A DNA stretch of 35,393 nt from a virus: positions 1 through 35,393 of the IMG/VR virus record IMGVR_UViG_3300025836_000007; one strand, 5' to 3'. Position 1 is the stretch's first letter. The number at the start of each line of letters is the position of its first letter. A program made the translations under genes and the position numbers. This document shows, in pieces, positions 16,614 to 25,509 of the stretch. The notes below the pieces were generated by a model. The model was not told the DNA's origin. It saw nothing but the letters and a program-made list of their open reading frames with translations, and did no database searches.

Positions 16614-17459
16614 TCAGCCCACGACCGGACGGACGCGCCCGAACTGGTTCACGGCTGCGTCGACGTCGGGGATCCCGGTGAATCCGTCGCGGCCGGCGAT
16701 GGTGATGCGGTACGACATCTCGCTCACAGTGACCGCGGTCGCGCGCGCCGGCATCGATGTCGACGGAACGATGTGCTCCTTGGCGAGGATGAGAGCGGCG
16801 CGGCGGATGGGCCCCGGCGCGCGGTCGTAGCCGTAGGAGTAGTGGACGGTGATGTTCGCGAAGCCACGCGGCCACGCCTGCTCGCGGTGCAGCACGTTGC
16901 CCAGGAAGCGGACGGATGCCAGTTCGTCGACCGTGAGCGGAACGCCGTCGACGGCGATCGAGTAGATGCCGCGGACGTCGGTGTTGCCGAGGACGATGTC
17001 GGACATGCCGTTGCCGGACAGCTTCTCGCGCGCGCCGCGCGGGCGGAACGCGCACATGCCGTTCTGCTCGAGCTGCTCCTCGATCTGGTCACGGCAGCCC
17101 GACACGTACGCGTCCGGGTACTTCGTGAGGTCCGTGAACGCGCGGTCGAAGGCGCGGATGTCGGCGACCGTGACGATGGAACTGCCGACGAGCTCGAACT
17201 CGTCATCAAACTCACGGGCGGCCGCGTCGACGAGGCACCCCCACACGACCCTGTAGGTGTCGAGCGCGCTCGCCATGGCGTCCGTGAGCGCGTATGACAG
17301 GACGCCGTCTGTGACCGTGGCGCTGCCGGTGTCGACCTGCGTCCCGGACCCGTCATAGACCGTCGCGGTCGCCGGCTCGATGGCGGTGATCGACTCCCCG
17401 AGGTCGTCGATAGGCGTGAACGTCAGCGCGATCAGATCGGCCCCGCGGTACTTCCTCAT
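16614..17459 (-). CDS. head-tail connector/adaptor-like protein with an N-terminal extra domain
   Basis: AGGAGG upstream of the ATG at 17459, so track ORF 16614..17711 was trimmed. The C-terminal half (...VTVADIRAF...PGPIRRAALILAKEHI...) resembles gp6-like adaptors. Confidence 0.4.
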   Translation of the reverse strand: MRKYRGADLIALTFTPIDDLGESITAIEPATATVYDGSGTQVDTGSATVTDGVLSYALTDAMASALDTYRVVWGCLVDAAAREFDDEFELVGSSIVTVADIRAFDRAFTDLTKYPDAYVSGCRDQIEEQLEQNGMCAFRPRGAREKLSGNGMSDIVLGNTDVRGIYSIAVDGVPLTVDELASVRFLGNVLHREQAWPRGFANITVHYSYGYDRAPGPIRRAALILAKEHIVPSTSMPARATAVTVSEMSYRITIAGRDGFTGIPDVDAAVNQFGRVRPVVG

Positions 17460-17511
17460 CGGCTCTACCTCCTGGGACCATCGTGGCGGCGGTGTCAGCG
17501 GAGGAGCGCCA

Positions 17512-17548
17512 CGAGGGCGGGCAGGGGATGTCCCCGAGCCCGCCCTCG
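17512..17548 (-). terminator. GC-rich stem-loop in the 139-nt gap upstream of the connector gene
   Basis: CGAGGGCGGGC...GCCCGCCCTCG arms with an inner GGGGA/TCCCC pair. No U-tract. Confidence 0.35.
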
Positions 17549-17598
17549 CGCATGGAGCGGCGTCTGTGGTGCCGCCTCCGATGCTCAGTCGTCGCGAA

Positions 17599-18012
17599 CT
17601 ACTCCGCCTTGGGAGTGCCGCCGGTCCAGATCGCGTGACCGTCGGCCTCGACCCAGGCTTCGGCCGTCTCGTCGTACACGAGCGCGGTACCGTCGACCTC
17701 TGCGGTCGCACCGTAGTGATGCTCGGTCGTGCTCTCGGCCTCCTTAGCGGCGATGAGCTCGGTCAGCACGGCCTTGTTCGCGCTGCCCTTGAACTCGATG
17801 CCGAGAGAGGTCGCGCGCGCCTGAAGCTCCGCCTTCGTGGGCTCTTCCGCGACCACAACCGTCGCCACGGCCGTGCCGCGCTTCTTGTTGTAGGCGACGA
17901 GGCGCTTGTACTCGCCCTCCTCGATCTCGCTGCCCGGGGCTGCGGCCAGGAACTCGATGCCGGTGTCCGGGAACACGTCGTAGAGCCGTCGATCGCTTGC
18001 GATGATGCCCAT
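17599..18012 (-). CDS. hypothetical head-module protein with a Rho_N/HeH-like motif
   Basis: TKAELQARATSLGIEFKGSANKAVLTELIAA resembles the helix-extension-helix (SAP/Rho_N) motif. AAGGAGGG upstream of the ATG. Confidence 0.45.
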   Translation of the reverse strand: MGIIASDRRLYDVFPDTGIEFLAAAPGSEIEEGEYKRLVAYNKKRGTAVATVVVAEEPTKAELQARATSLGIEFKGSANKAVLTELIAAKEAESTTEHHYGATAEVDGTALVYDETAEAWVEADGHAIWTGGTPKAE

Positions 18013-18040
18013 GATTCGCGCCCTCCTTGTGAGATGGACA

Positions 18041-18070
18041 GGGGCCGGGCCGCTTGTGCGACCCGGCCCC
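18041..18070 (-). terminator. strong stem-loop immediately after the major capsid gene (attenuator / mRNA stabiliser)
   Basis: GGGGCCGGGCCGC-TTGT-GCGACCCGGCCCC: 13-bp arms with one mismatch/wobble. No clear U-tract. Confidence 0.45.
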
Positions 18071-18096
18071 CTCGGTGACGTGCCTGTCGCCTGCTG

Positions 18097-19374
18097 CTAG
18101 ACCGTGGTGTCGACCTCGCAGAAGGCGGTCGGGAAGTTGGTACCGAACGCGGCCCGCATGGTGCCGAGCAGCGTGATGATGCCCTTCTCGAAGTAGTCCT
18201 GGTTGCTGTCCGAGAAGCTGGTCGCGACGCCGGACCGGATGACGAGCTCCGCCATGTGCGGGTCGCAGACCATCGGCTTGCCGACCGGGAAGGCCGGGTG
18301 GGCGATGGGCTTGAGACCCCAGACCGTGACGTCCTGTGACGCCTGCGGGCCACCCATGAGGTACCGATCCGTGTTGTCCTTCGCGAGCAGGATCGTCTCC
18401 ATGTCGGTGGGGTGGATGCCGACGACGGTCGGCTCGTAGGCGCCCTCGTTCTGGACGCGGATCTTGGTGATGGCCTTGTGGATGGCGTCGAGCACCGTGT
18501 CGGTCGACTTGTTCTGGGTCAGGATGCCGACGATGTTGTACAGGCCGCGCAGGTTCTGGCCGGTACCGAGGCCGTTGACGATCTGGCTGTGCAGGCGACG
18601 CTTGACGCCGTCGATCAGGAAGACGTCTACCCACGTCGCGAGACGGGGAGCGTCGGCCATGATCGTCTTGGTGACGTTCATGATGTGCTTGATCTCGCGG
18701 CACGACTCGGACACGATGTCGAAGTCGAGCGTGGAGACCGGAGCGGCCAGACCCTCGGCCGTCTCGACCGCGGCGTTGGTGCGGGTGATCTCACGGACCC
18801 ACTCGACGACGTCGCGGGTCGTGGTCGACACCGTGACCAGGTCGAGCAGCGTGAGCGGGCCGAACGGCATCGGAATGATGCCGTCGCGGCGGTCCGGCTG
18901 GACGATGTTGGCGGCGGCGGTGGTACCGCCCAGGGACAGCAGCGTCTTGAGCTCGACGGCCGTGGCGACTTCCACGGACTTCGTAGAGCCGAAGCGCGCG
19001 CTGGACTCCAGGCTTCCCGACGCCTTGAGGTCGGCGTAGGTGCCGGACTTGATCAGGCGCTCGCCGATGGAACCGACGCCCAGCACTTCGGCGGCGGACT
19101 TCATGGCCGGAGCGTGGACGCCTTCGCCCTCGCCGGCCATCTCGAGCACGCGCTGGTACTTCACGTCGAGGTCATTGACCTCGTCGCGCGCGGTGTCGTA
19201 GGACTTGCCGAGCTCGTCGAGCTTGTCGAACGCCGCCGTGTTGCTGGCGAAGTCGACACCTTCCTTGACGGCCGTAGCGCGGGCGTCGGCAAACGCCTTC
19301 CACGCTACGCCTGCCTCGACGTTCTTCGCCTCTTTCTGGGCGAGGATCGCGCGGGCCTGATCCTTGAGGTCCAT
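18097..19374 (-). CDS. major capsid protein, HK97 family
   Basis: 425 aa with an N-terminal coiled region. The core pattern ...IMADAPRLATWVDVFLIDGVKRRLHSQIVNGLGTGQNLRGLYN... is typical of HK97-fold MCPs. It follows the prohead protease. Confidence 0.82.
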   Translation of the reverse strand: MDLKDQARAILAQKEAKNVEAGVAWKAFADARATAVKEGVDFASNTAAFDKLDELGKSYDTARDEVNDLDVKYQRVLEMAGEGEGVHAPAMKSAAEVLGVGSIGERLIKSGTYADLKASGSLESSARFGSTKSVEVATAVELKTLLSLGGTTAAANIVQPDRRDGIIPMPFGPLTLLDLVTVSTTTRDVVEWVREITRTNAAVETAEGLAAPVSTLDFDIVSESCREIKHIMNVTKTIMADAPRLATWVDVFLIDGVKRRLHSQIVNGLGTGQNLRGLYNIVGILTQNKSTDTVLDAIHKAITKIRVQNEGAYEPTVVGIHPTDMETILLAKDNTDRYLMGGPQASQDVTVWGLKPIAHPAFPVGKPMVCDPHMAELVIRSGVATSFSDSNQDYFEKGIITLLGTMRAAFGTNFPTAFCEVDTTV

Positions 19375-19378
19375 ATCC

Positions 19379-20509
19379 TTACTCCTCCTCGTGTCGTGTC
19401 CGCGCGATCAGCGCGACCATCCTGCCGGTGTCCATCGTCGTCCCGGTGTCAGCGGTCGACTTCTTGGCCGCGGCGTGGAAGGCCACCGCGCGAGCCTGAC
19501 GAGCCTTGACGGATGCCGTACGCAGCGAGGCCATGTCGACCATCTCGCCGTCGACCTCCTCAACCTCGTCACCGACCTCGTCTGCCGCGACCACGCCCAG
19601 GAACAGGCGGCCCCACGCCTTCAACGCGCCGGCGTACTGGTCGACAGCGGCGTCCAGGAGCGCGGCCGGGTCGGCTTCGCTCTCGTCGCACGCGATGTCC
19701 CAGGCGGTGTCTTCGAACGCGTACTCGAGCTGCCACAGGCGCGAGAAGCTCGCGGCCCTGGCGGCGTCGTCTTCGACAATCGAGCCGGCGAAGTCGAGCG
19801 CCTTGACCTCCGTGCCACGAGATGCCATCTCCGTGCCTCCGCCCGTGTCTGCGACCGTCGAGAGCACCTCGCCGATCAGGTCGTATGCCTGCGTGAGCTT
19901 GCCCTCGTTGGTCGAGGAGAGAGTGCGGCCGACCTTGAGCCCGTCGATCGCGCGCGACGCGGCCTCGAGCACGTCCGTCTGGTCGTTCATGCCGAGCAGC
20001 GTCGGACCGTTCTCGAACGTCTTGAGCTCGATGAGGTTGCGCACCTTGCCGTCGGCGCGCGGCGTGCTCTCGCCGGGAGCCGGATCGACGAGCTCGAACT
20101 CGACAACGCGGTAGGCGTAGGAAGCCTGGTAGATCAGCCGGCGCTCGACCAGGTCGAACACCTGGGACGCGTGGCTCATCTCGGGCGGCTTGGAGATGTC
20201 GTACTTCTGCTTGACGATCAGCCCCGCCTTGCCGTCACCGAACGCCTGCTCGACCCGCTCGGTCGTCTCGCCGACGATGGACTTCGGGTCGTCCCAGTCG
20301 TGCGACCACACGACCGGCTGGGGGCGCCCGGAGGCTGCCCACTCGGCGATGTCCTTGGTGAAGGCACCGGGCATGACCCGGTCGCCACAGTGGTCGATGT
20401 TGCCGAACACGGAGACGGCCATCGTGGCCAGCCCGCTCTTGCCGTCCGCGGCGGTGGTCGCGTCCTTCAGTTCGGCGGTGAACCGCTTGACTTCGGGCAG
20501 CATCGTCAT
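19379..20509 (-). CDS. prohead protease (HK97/S78 family) with a scaffold-like acidic C-terminal half
   Basis: GLATMAVSVFGNIDHCGDRVMPGAFTKDI...VVWSHDWDDP matches the prohead protease N-terminal signature. ATGA overlap with the portal gene. Confidence 0.75.
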   Translation of the reverse strand: MTMLPEVKRFTAELKDATTAADGKSGLATMAVSVFGNIDHCGDRVMPGAFTKDIAEWAASGRPQPVVWSHDWDDPKSIVGETTERVEQAFGDGKAGLIVKQKYDISKPPEMSHASQVFDLVERRLIYQASYAYRVVEFELVDPAPGESTPRADGKVRNLIELKTFENGPTLLGMNDQTDVLEAASRAIDGLKVGRTLSSTNEGKLTQAYDLIGEVLSTVADTGGGTEMASRGTEVKALDFAGSIVEDDAARAASFSRLWQLEYAFEDTAWDIACDESEADPAALLDAAVDQYAGALKAWGRLFLGVVAADEVGDEVEEVDGEMVDMASLRTASVKARQARAVAFHAAAKKSTADTGTTMDTGRMVALIARTRHEEE

Positions 20510-21837
20510 CCCCTCGTCTCAGGTTCGCTTGACTTGCCAAGGATCGCGGCCTCGAGCAGCGCGGCTGTTCCCGCCGGCGGCTCGAGCAGGGGGGTGGCGG
20601 TGGTGACGGGAGCCAGGCCTAGCGGGTAGCCGTTGCCAGCGACCCACGGGAGGTTGGCCGGGTTCGTCGGGTCGGTCGGGTCACCGATCGGCGGCTGGTT
20701 GCGAGCCGCCATGCGCTGGTTGATGGTCGACGTGGCCGACTGCATGTCCATGAGGTCCGCGCGCGCCATCGCCTCGGGATCCGGACGGAGCAGCGCGGAC
20801 ATGTCGAAGGCGAGGAACAGGCCGTCCCACATCGGCTCGCACAGCACGAGTTGCTCGTTGAACCCGGCTTCGAGCATCGTCACGGTCGGGCCCAGCGTGT
20901 CGACGTAGAACGCCCGCGCGAACTCCTTGGCGCTCGCGTAGGTCGCTGGCTGCCCGGTCGACTCGAATCCGAGCATGGACGGCTGCACGTCGAAGCACGC
21001 GCACACCTCTTCGCGCGAGAACTTGCGCTGCGTCATCAGCTCGAGGTCGGTCGAGGAGATGCCGCCCAACGCCTTGATGTCGCTGCCCTCGCCCAGGACC
21101 GCGAGAGTGCGGCCACCCGGCCCTGACGCATACAGCGGCATGAGCTCGGCGCGCAGAGCGTCCATCGCGGGCTTGTTCGTGACGTTGATCTTCGTCGTGA
21201 AGACGGCCTTCGCGGTCACGCCGTTGGCGAGCGAGTTCTCCTGCCAGTCGATCGCGCCCTCTTCGAGCGTGAGCGTGCGCTTGAGCGGCTCGAGCGGAGG
21301 GACGCCGTGCGGCATCTCGAGGTACACCGCGTCATCGGGCGAGATCGAGTAGACGCCCGCGCCGAGGTAGATGTTGAAGCCGATGATGCCGCGCTGGTCG
21401 GTGACCGGCTGGACGTCGGGCCAAGGGATCGGCCACAGCTCGCGCGGCGGCTGTCCGGGACCGGGGCGGAACTTCCACGCGAGGCACTTCCCGTGCACGA
21501 GCAGGTCGAAGATCATCTCGACCTTCAGGTCCCAGTCGGAGTGCCTCATCCACGGGCGCTTGATGAGCCGCGGCAGGGCATGGGCACGGATCCGCGCGCG
21601 CGACTCGCCGTCGTCGCCCATCTGGTAGCTGAGCAGCGGCAGGCGCGACAGGCCCTTGAGGATCTTGTTCACGACGGCGTACACGGCCGGCTGCGAGCGG
21701 TAGATCTGCTCGTAGGTCAACGTGGAGGAGCCGCGGAGCCCGGAGATGTACCCGGCGCTCGGGCCCTGCCACGTCTCGTAGCCGGGCGCGATGTCGCCGA
21801 CTCTACGGGGCATGCCCTCTGAGACGATGAAGCTCAC
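20506..21837 (-). CDS. portal protein, HK97 family
   Basis: 443 aa starting from the GTG at 21837 (GTGA overlap, GGAGG upstream). It lies between the terminase and the protease. The Arg-rich 5' part of the track ORF was discarded. Confidence 0.8.
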   Translation of the reverse strand: MSFIVSEGMPRRVGDIAPGYETWQGPSAGYISGLRGSSTLTYEQIYRSQPAVYAVVNKILKGLSRLPLLSYQMGDDGESRARIRAHALPRLIKRPWMRHSDWDLKVEMIFDLLVHGKCLAWKFRPGPGQPPRELWPIPWPDVQPVTDQRGIIGFNIYLGAGVYSISPDDAVYLEMPHGVPPLEPLKRTLTLEEGAIDWQENSLANGVTAKAVFTTKINVTNKPAMDALRAELMPLYASGPGGRTLAVLGEGSDIKALGGISSTDLELMTQRKFSREEVCACFDVQPSMLGFESTGQPATYASAKEFARAFYVDTLGPTVTMLEAGFNEQLVLCEPMWDGLFLAFDMSALLRPDPEAMARADLMDMQSATSTINQRMAARNQPPIGDPTDPTNPANLPWVAGNGYPLGLAPVTTATPLLEPPAGTAALLEAAILGKSSEPETRG

Positions 21838-22082
21838 GACGGTGCCACCTCCGTGAGACGCTGGATCCAGTCGACATTGACGCGCGGGATCTCGGCCTCG
21901 CCGTCGATTGAGATGGACCCGGCCGCGGACAGCGCGGACGCGTGGCGAAGCATGAGGGCGTCGCGGTGCGTGGCCACGAGCACGCCGCGAAGCGACGACC
22001 CGCTCTTGAGGTGGACGACGACGGTCTCTCGCGACTGGGTCGCGAGGTACCACCGAAGCAGCATGGACCTGATCAGCTTCAT
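21834..22082 (-). CDS. small protein between terL and portal (possible Sm-like fold)
   Basis: VVVHLKSGSSLRGVLVATHRDALMLRHA...IDGEAEIPRVNVDWIQ resembles the Sm1/Sm2 layout. Confidence 0.45.
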   Translation of the reverse strand: MKLIRSMLLRWYLATQSRETVVVHLKSGSSLRGVLVATHRDALMLRHASALSAAGSISIDGEAEIPRVNVDWIQRLTEVAPS

Positions 22083-22116
22083 GACTCGATGGTGCGGGGC
22101 GTGTCAGCCGAGCCGG

Positions 22117-23628
22117 TCAGAAGACGGCGATCTGGGGACCGCTCGCGCCCTCCTGGTACTCAAGCTCGGCCACCGCCGTGGCGATCGCGCAGGCGACTGC
22201 GGCGTCGATCTTCTTCGATTCCTCCACCTTCGTGAGGCGTGGCCCGTATGCGGTGGGCTCCTGTCCGGCGTTGAGCACGTGCTCACGCAGAGGCTTGGCG
22301 CCTCCGTGGTGAGCACGCCCGGACTGCACGACGGCCCACATGATGTCGTAGGCGCGGGCCATCTTCTCGGCGCTTTGGCGGTAGACCTCCACGGGCACGC
22401 CGTGCGAGTTGGCCAGCTCCATCATCTCGAGGACGAAGTAGTTCGGGTCGCAGGCCATGCGATCGACGTTGTAGGTCTGCACGATCTCGAGCGTGGTCGC
22501 CATGACCAGTTGCCGGTCGATCGGGATGCCCGGCTCCTCGGACTTGATGATCCACGCGACCCAGTTGTGGAAGCCCTCCGCGTCGACCTGGTCGAGGACC
22601 AGCGCCGTCGTGTCGCGCGAGAACGACGCGTCGGCCGCCAGGTATGACGGGATGTCCGGGTCGATGATCGGCAGGCCCGACAGCGCGTCCCACGACTTCG
22701 CGTCGAAGGCCACGAGCTTGCCGGTCGACGGGAAGCGGTTCAGGTGATACCGCTCGAAGTCCCAGGGCGGTAGGTTCTTGTGTGCCTCGGCGAGCGCCGC
22801 GTCGGAGATCCACGGCATCGGGTTCGCCCGTCTCCACACCTTCGGGTCGTCGGCGTTGTCCTTGTCCGCGGCCCCGCACCAGTAGACGTGGGCGGTCGGG
22901 TCCAGCTTCCACTTGGCGAGCAGGTCCCACAGTGGTCCCTTGCGCACGGGGCCGGCTGTCGACAGGACCAGCAGCAGGGCGCCGCGGTCCCAGTTGCCGA
23001 TCATGCCCGACGACATCGCGTTGAGGACGTCATCGTTCTTATGGACGTGGTACTCGTCGATCACGACCACGTCGCCGTGCTTGGACTGGACGGACTTTGC
23101 GTCACCCGGGAGCACCTGGAAGAACGCCTTGGTCTCCTTGATGATGATCTTGTCCGCCTGGACGTCGCACGCCCGCCGCAACATCGGGTCGTGCAGCACC
23201 ATCGTGGAGACCTTGTCGAACACCGCCCGCGCCTGCTCCTTGTTGCGGGCGACGAAGTAGTACTGCCCCTTGAACTTCGGCTCGAGGAACGCGATCGCGA
23301 GCACGATGACGGCGGCGATCTCTGACTTCGCTCCGTCACGCGGCAGGCCGACCAGCGCCTTCTTGATGCGCCGATGCCCAGTTCTGTCCACGTTCGCGAA
23401 GATCGGCAGGATGATGTTCTCGAGCTGGAAGTCGGCGAACTCGATCGGCTCGAAGGCGACGCCGTTGGGAGGCAGCTCGCCGTCGACGTGGATCAGGTGC
23501 TTGCGCGCGAACGCGGCGACCAGGCGCGCCTTGCGCAGTCCCTCTGCGGAGTACTTGACCTTGCGCTTCCGCGTGTTCGTCGAGTGAGCGGCCTTGTGAC
23601 GCGGCTTCGGCGCTGTGGTCGCGCTCAC
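22117..23628 (-). CDS. terL: terminase large subunit (Terminase_1-like)
   Basis: 503 aa. ATPase P-loop context LVGLPRDGAKSEIAA, Walker B-like VVVIDEYH, and a C-terminal nuclease region. GTGA overlap with terS. Confidence 0.85.
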   Translation of the reverse strand: MSATTAPKPRHKAAHSTNTRKRKVKYSAEGLRKARLVAAFARKHLIHVDGELPPNGVAFEPIEFADFQLENIILPIFANVDRTGHRRIKKALVGLPRDGAKSEIAAVIVLAIAFLEPKFKGQYYFVARNKEQARAVFDKVSTMVLHDPMLRRACDVQADKIIIKETKAFFQVLPGDAKSVQSKHGDVVVIDEYHVHKNDDVLNAMSSGMIGNWDRGALLLVLSTAGPVRKGPLWDLLAKWKLDPTAHVYWCGAADKDNADDPKVWRRANPMPWISDAALAEAHKNLPPWDFERYHLNRFPSTGKLVAFDAKSWDALSGLPIIDPDIPSYLAADASFSRDTTALVLDQVDAEGFHNWVAWIIKSEEPGIPIDRQLVMATTLEIVQTYNVDRMACDPNYFVLEMMELANSHGVPVEVYRQSAEKMARAYDIMWAVVQSGRAHHGGAKPLREHVLNAGQEPTAYGPRLTKVEESKKIDAAVACAIATAVAELEYQEGASGPQIAVF

Positions 23629-24281
23629 TTCTTCGTCTTGGTCGAGCGCGGCGTCGGCTTCTTCGCCTTGGACTTAGCTTTCGCCTTGGCCTTCGCCGGC
23701 GCGGCCTTGCGCGGGATCTGCTTCGCCGCTGCTGCTTGGGCGATCGCATCCTCGCGGTCGAGGTCGGCCTCGAGCTCGTCACGGATCCCGAGCGCGATCG
23801 ACGCGGTGGCCGCCTGCATGAGGTTGCCGCGGATCCGCGCAAGCGGCGTGAGCGCGAGCTCGCCGGCGAGCAGGCGCACCACGTTGGACGCCTCACGGTG
23901 CAGCTTGCACGCCGGGTTCGCCTTCAGCTTCCAGCCGACCATCTCGTCGGCCTGCAGTTCAACGCTCCAGGCGACGATCGGCTCCTTCATCATCGCGCCG
24001 AACTCCTGGATGGACGCCTCACACTCGATGGCGATCGCCACCTCCACGGCGTAGTTGCGCAGCTGGAAGAGGTCCGGCTCACGGAGGTGGCCCAGCACGG
24101 CCATGTCGGTTACGCAGATCGACCAGACCTCGCGCGCCAGCGGGGACATGTCCTCAGGCGGGATCGCTCCCACGAGCCGACGCTCCACCGGGAGCACCTC
24201 GATAGTGTTGCCTTCGCCGACTCCGCCGCGATGCCCCGCTCTCTCATCGTTGGGAACCGGAGTGCGCCCGCCGCGGCTCAC
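23625..24281 (-). CDS. terS: terminase small subunit (P27-family-like) with a Lys/Ala-rich tail
   Basis: The pattern PLAREVW...LFQLRNYAVEVAIAIECEASIQEFG...NPACKLHREASNVVRLLAGELALTPLAR matches the P27 TerS layout. C-terminal AKAKAKAKSKAKK. The GTG at 24281 is in a GTGA overlap. Confidence 0.62.
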   Translation of the reverse strand: MSRGGRTPVPNDERAGHRGGVGEGNTIEVLPVERRLVGAIPPEDMSPLAREVWSICVTDMAVLGHLREPDLFQLRNYAVEVAIAIECEASIQEFGAMMKEPIVAWSVELQADEMVGWKLKANPACKLHREASNVVRLLAGELALTPLARIRGNLMQAATASIALGIRDELEADLDREDAIAQAAAAKQIPRKAAPAKAKAKAKSKAKKPTPRSTKTKK

Positions 24282-25171
24282 AGGAGCGTCCCGTCGAAGA
24301 GTGTCGACTGTCCCGCCGCGGCGTTTCGACGCTTGAGCTCGAGCCCGCACACTCGGCCACACGTGCGCTGCCCGGTCCAGGTGTAGGCGTACGGCTCGCC
24401 GCATATCTCGCAGACGCGGGATCCGCGCCCGCTGCCCGGGGGCGTCAGGATGGGCGGCTTCAGCCACCGGACGTACATGGCGTCACCGTCGATGAGATGC
24501 GTCGCGTCCTTGCCACGCTCGACATTGCGAACCGCGGCCCGGGCACACGCCCGGCGATAGGCCGCGGCGATCTTCGGCCAGCGAAGAGCGTCTCGAGCGC
24601 GGGAAGCGTCGGAGGCCAGCGGGCACATGACGCAGCCGACGCGCGTGAATCCCTCGTCGTAGAGCGAACACGACGGCAGGTCGTTGGCGCGGATGAACTC
24701 CCACACCTGGGCGGCCGTCCAGTCGATGATCGGATGGACGAACATCTTGCCCGGAGTCGCCGTGCACGCTTCGACGATCTGCCTCTTGGCGCGGCGCGGC
24801 GACTCCTCCCACCGCACGCCCGTGAGGACGATCCGCCCGCGACCCTCGCGCTCCTTCAGCATCTCGCAGCAGTAGCGGATGCGGCGCGTGGGCGGGTACC
24901 GGTGGCTCTCGATCATCGACCACATCGTTGTGCCCGGGCGGTGCACCTCGACCGACGGGTAGTGCCGGCGCACGTGCATGACGAGCTCAGGCGGCTCGAC
25001 GCTGGTGAGGTTGTGGTGAGCGTCGAAGCGCACGCCGGCCATGCGCGCGAGCTCGTAGACGACCGTCGAGTCCTTGCCGCCGGAGAACGCCAGGTAGTAG
25101 CCCTCCGTCGGACAGTTGTCGACCAGGCGCGCGATCGCGGCGCTCACGTGCTCCGGGATCATCGGTCCCAC
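24278..25171 (-). CDS. PAPS-reductase-family (adenine nucleotide alpha-hydrolase) protein with a C-terminal zinc ribbon
   Basis: YYLAFSGGKDSTVV is the PP-loop SGGKDS motif. C-terminal CEICGEPYAYTWTGQRTCGRVC. An alternative ATG at 25162 gives an ATGA overlap. Confidence 0.7.
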   Translation of the reverse strand: MGPMIPEHVSAAIARLVDNCPTEGYYLAFSGGKDSTVVYELARMAGVRFDAHHNLTSVEPPELVMHVRRHYPSVEVHRPGTTMWSMIESHRYPPTRRIRYCCEMLKEREGRGRIVLTGVRWEESPRRAKRQIVEACTATPGKMFVHPIIDWTAAQVWEFIRANDLPSCSLYDEGFTRVGCVMCPLASDASRARDALRWPKIAAAYRRACARAAVRNVERGKDATHLIDGDAMYVRWLKPPILTPPGSGRGSRVCEICGEPYAYTWTGQRTCGRVCGLELKRRNAAAGQSTLFDGTLL

Positions 25172-25509
25172 CCCGGGAAGTTGCGGGCGAGCGCCTCGGC
25201 TATCGCGGTGTAGGTCAGCTCGCAGCCGGCGGCCAGGCGAGGGTTCGTCTCTTCGATCGCGAGACGGCGAAAGGATCCCGCCAAGATCGCCGCCTCGAGG
25301 ACGGCCTGGCTCAGCTCAGAGACGTGGTCTGGAGCGGCGACGTGCAGTTCGCCGTCGATCGCGGGGATCCAGTGAGCGTTGAGCTTGCGGGAGCGTTGCG
25401 CGCGCTTGCGACAAGCCGCCTTCGCGTAGAGACGAGGACGGCCGCGGCCGCCAGTCTCATCCGGCAGGTCGCGGCCGCAGCCGCATGCGCACTTCCGTTG
25501 CTGATCCAT
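25159..25509 (-). CDS. hypothetical protein with an N-terminal Cys cluster / basic motif
   Basis: CACGCGRDL...GRPRLYAKAACRKRAQRSRK. First gene after the 185-bp non-coding gap. High GC3 frame. Confidence 0.5.
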   Translation of the reverse strand: MDQQRKCACGCGRDLPDETGGRGRPRLYAKAACRKRAQRSRKLNAHWIPAIDGELHVAAPDHVSELSQAVLEAAILAGSFRRLAIEETNPRLAAGCELTYTAIAEALARNFPGWDR

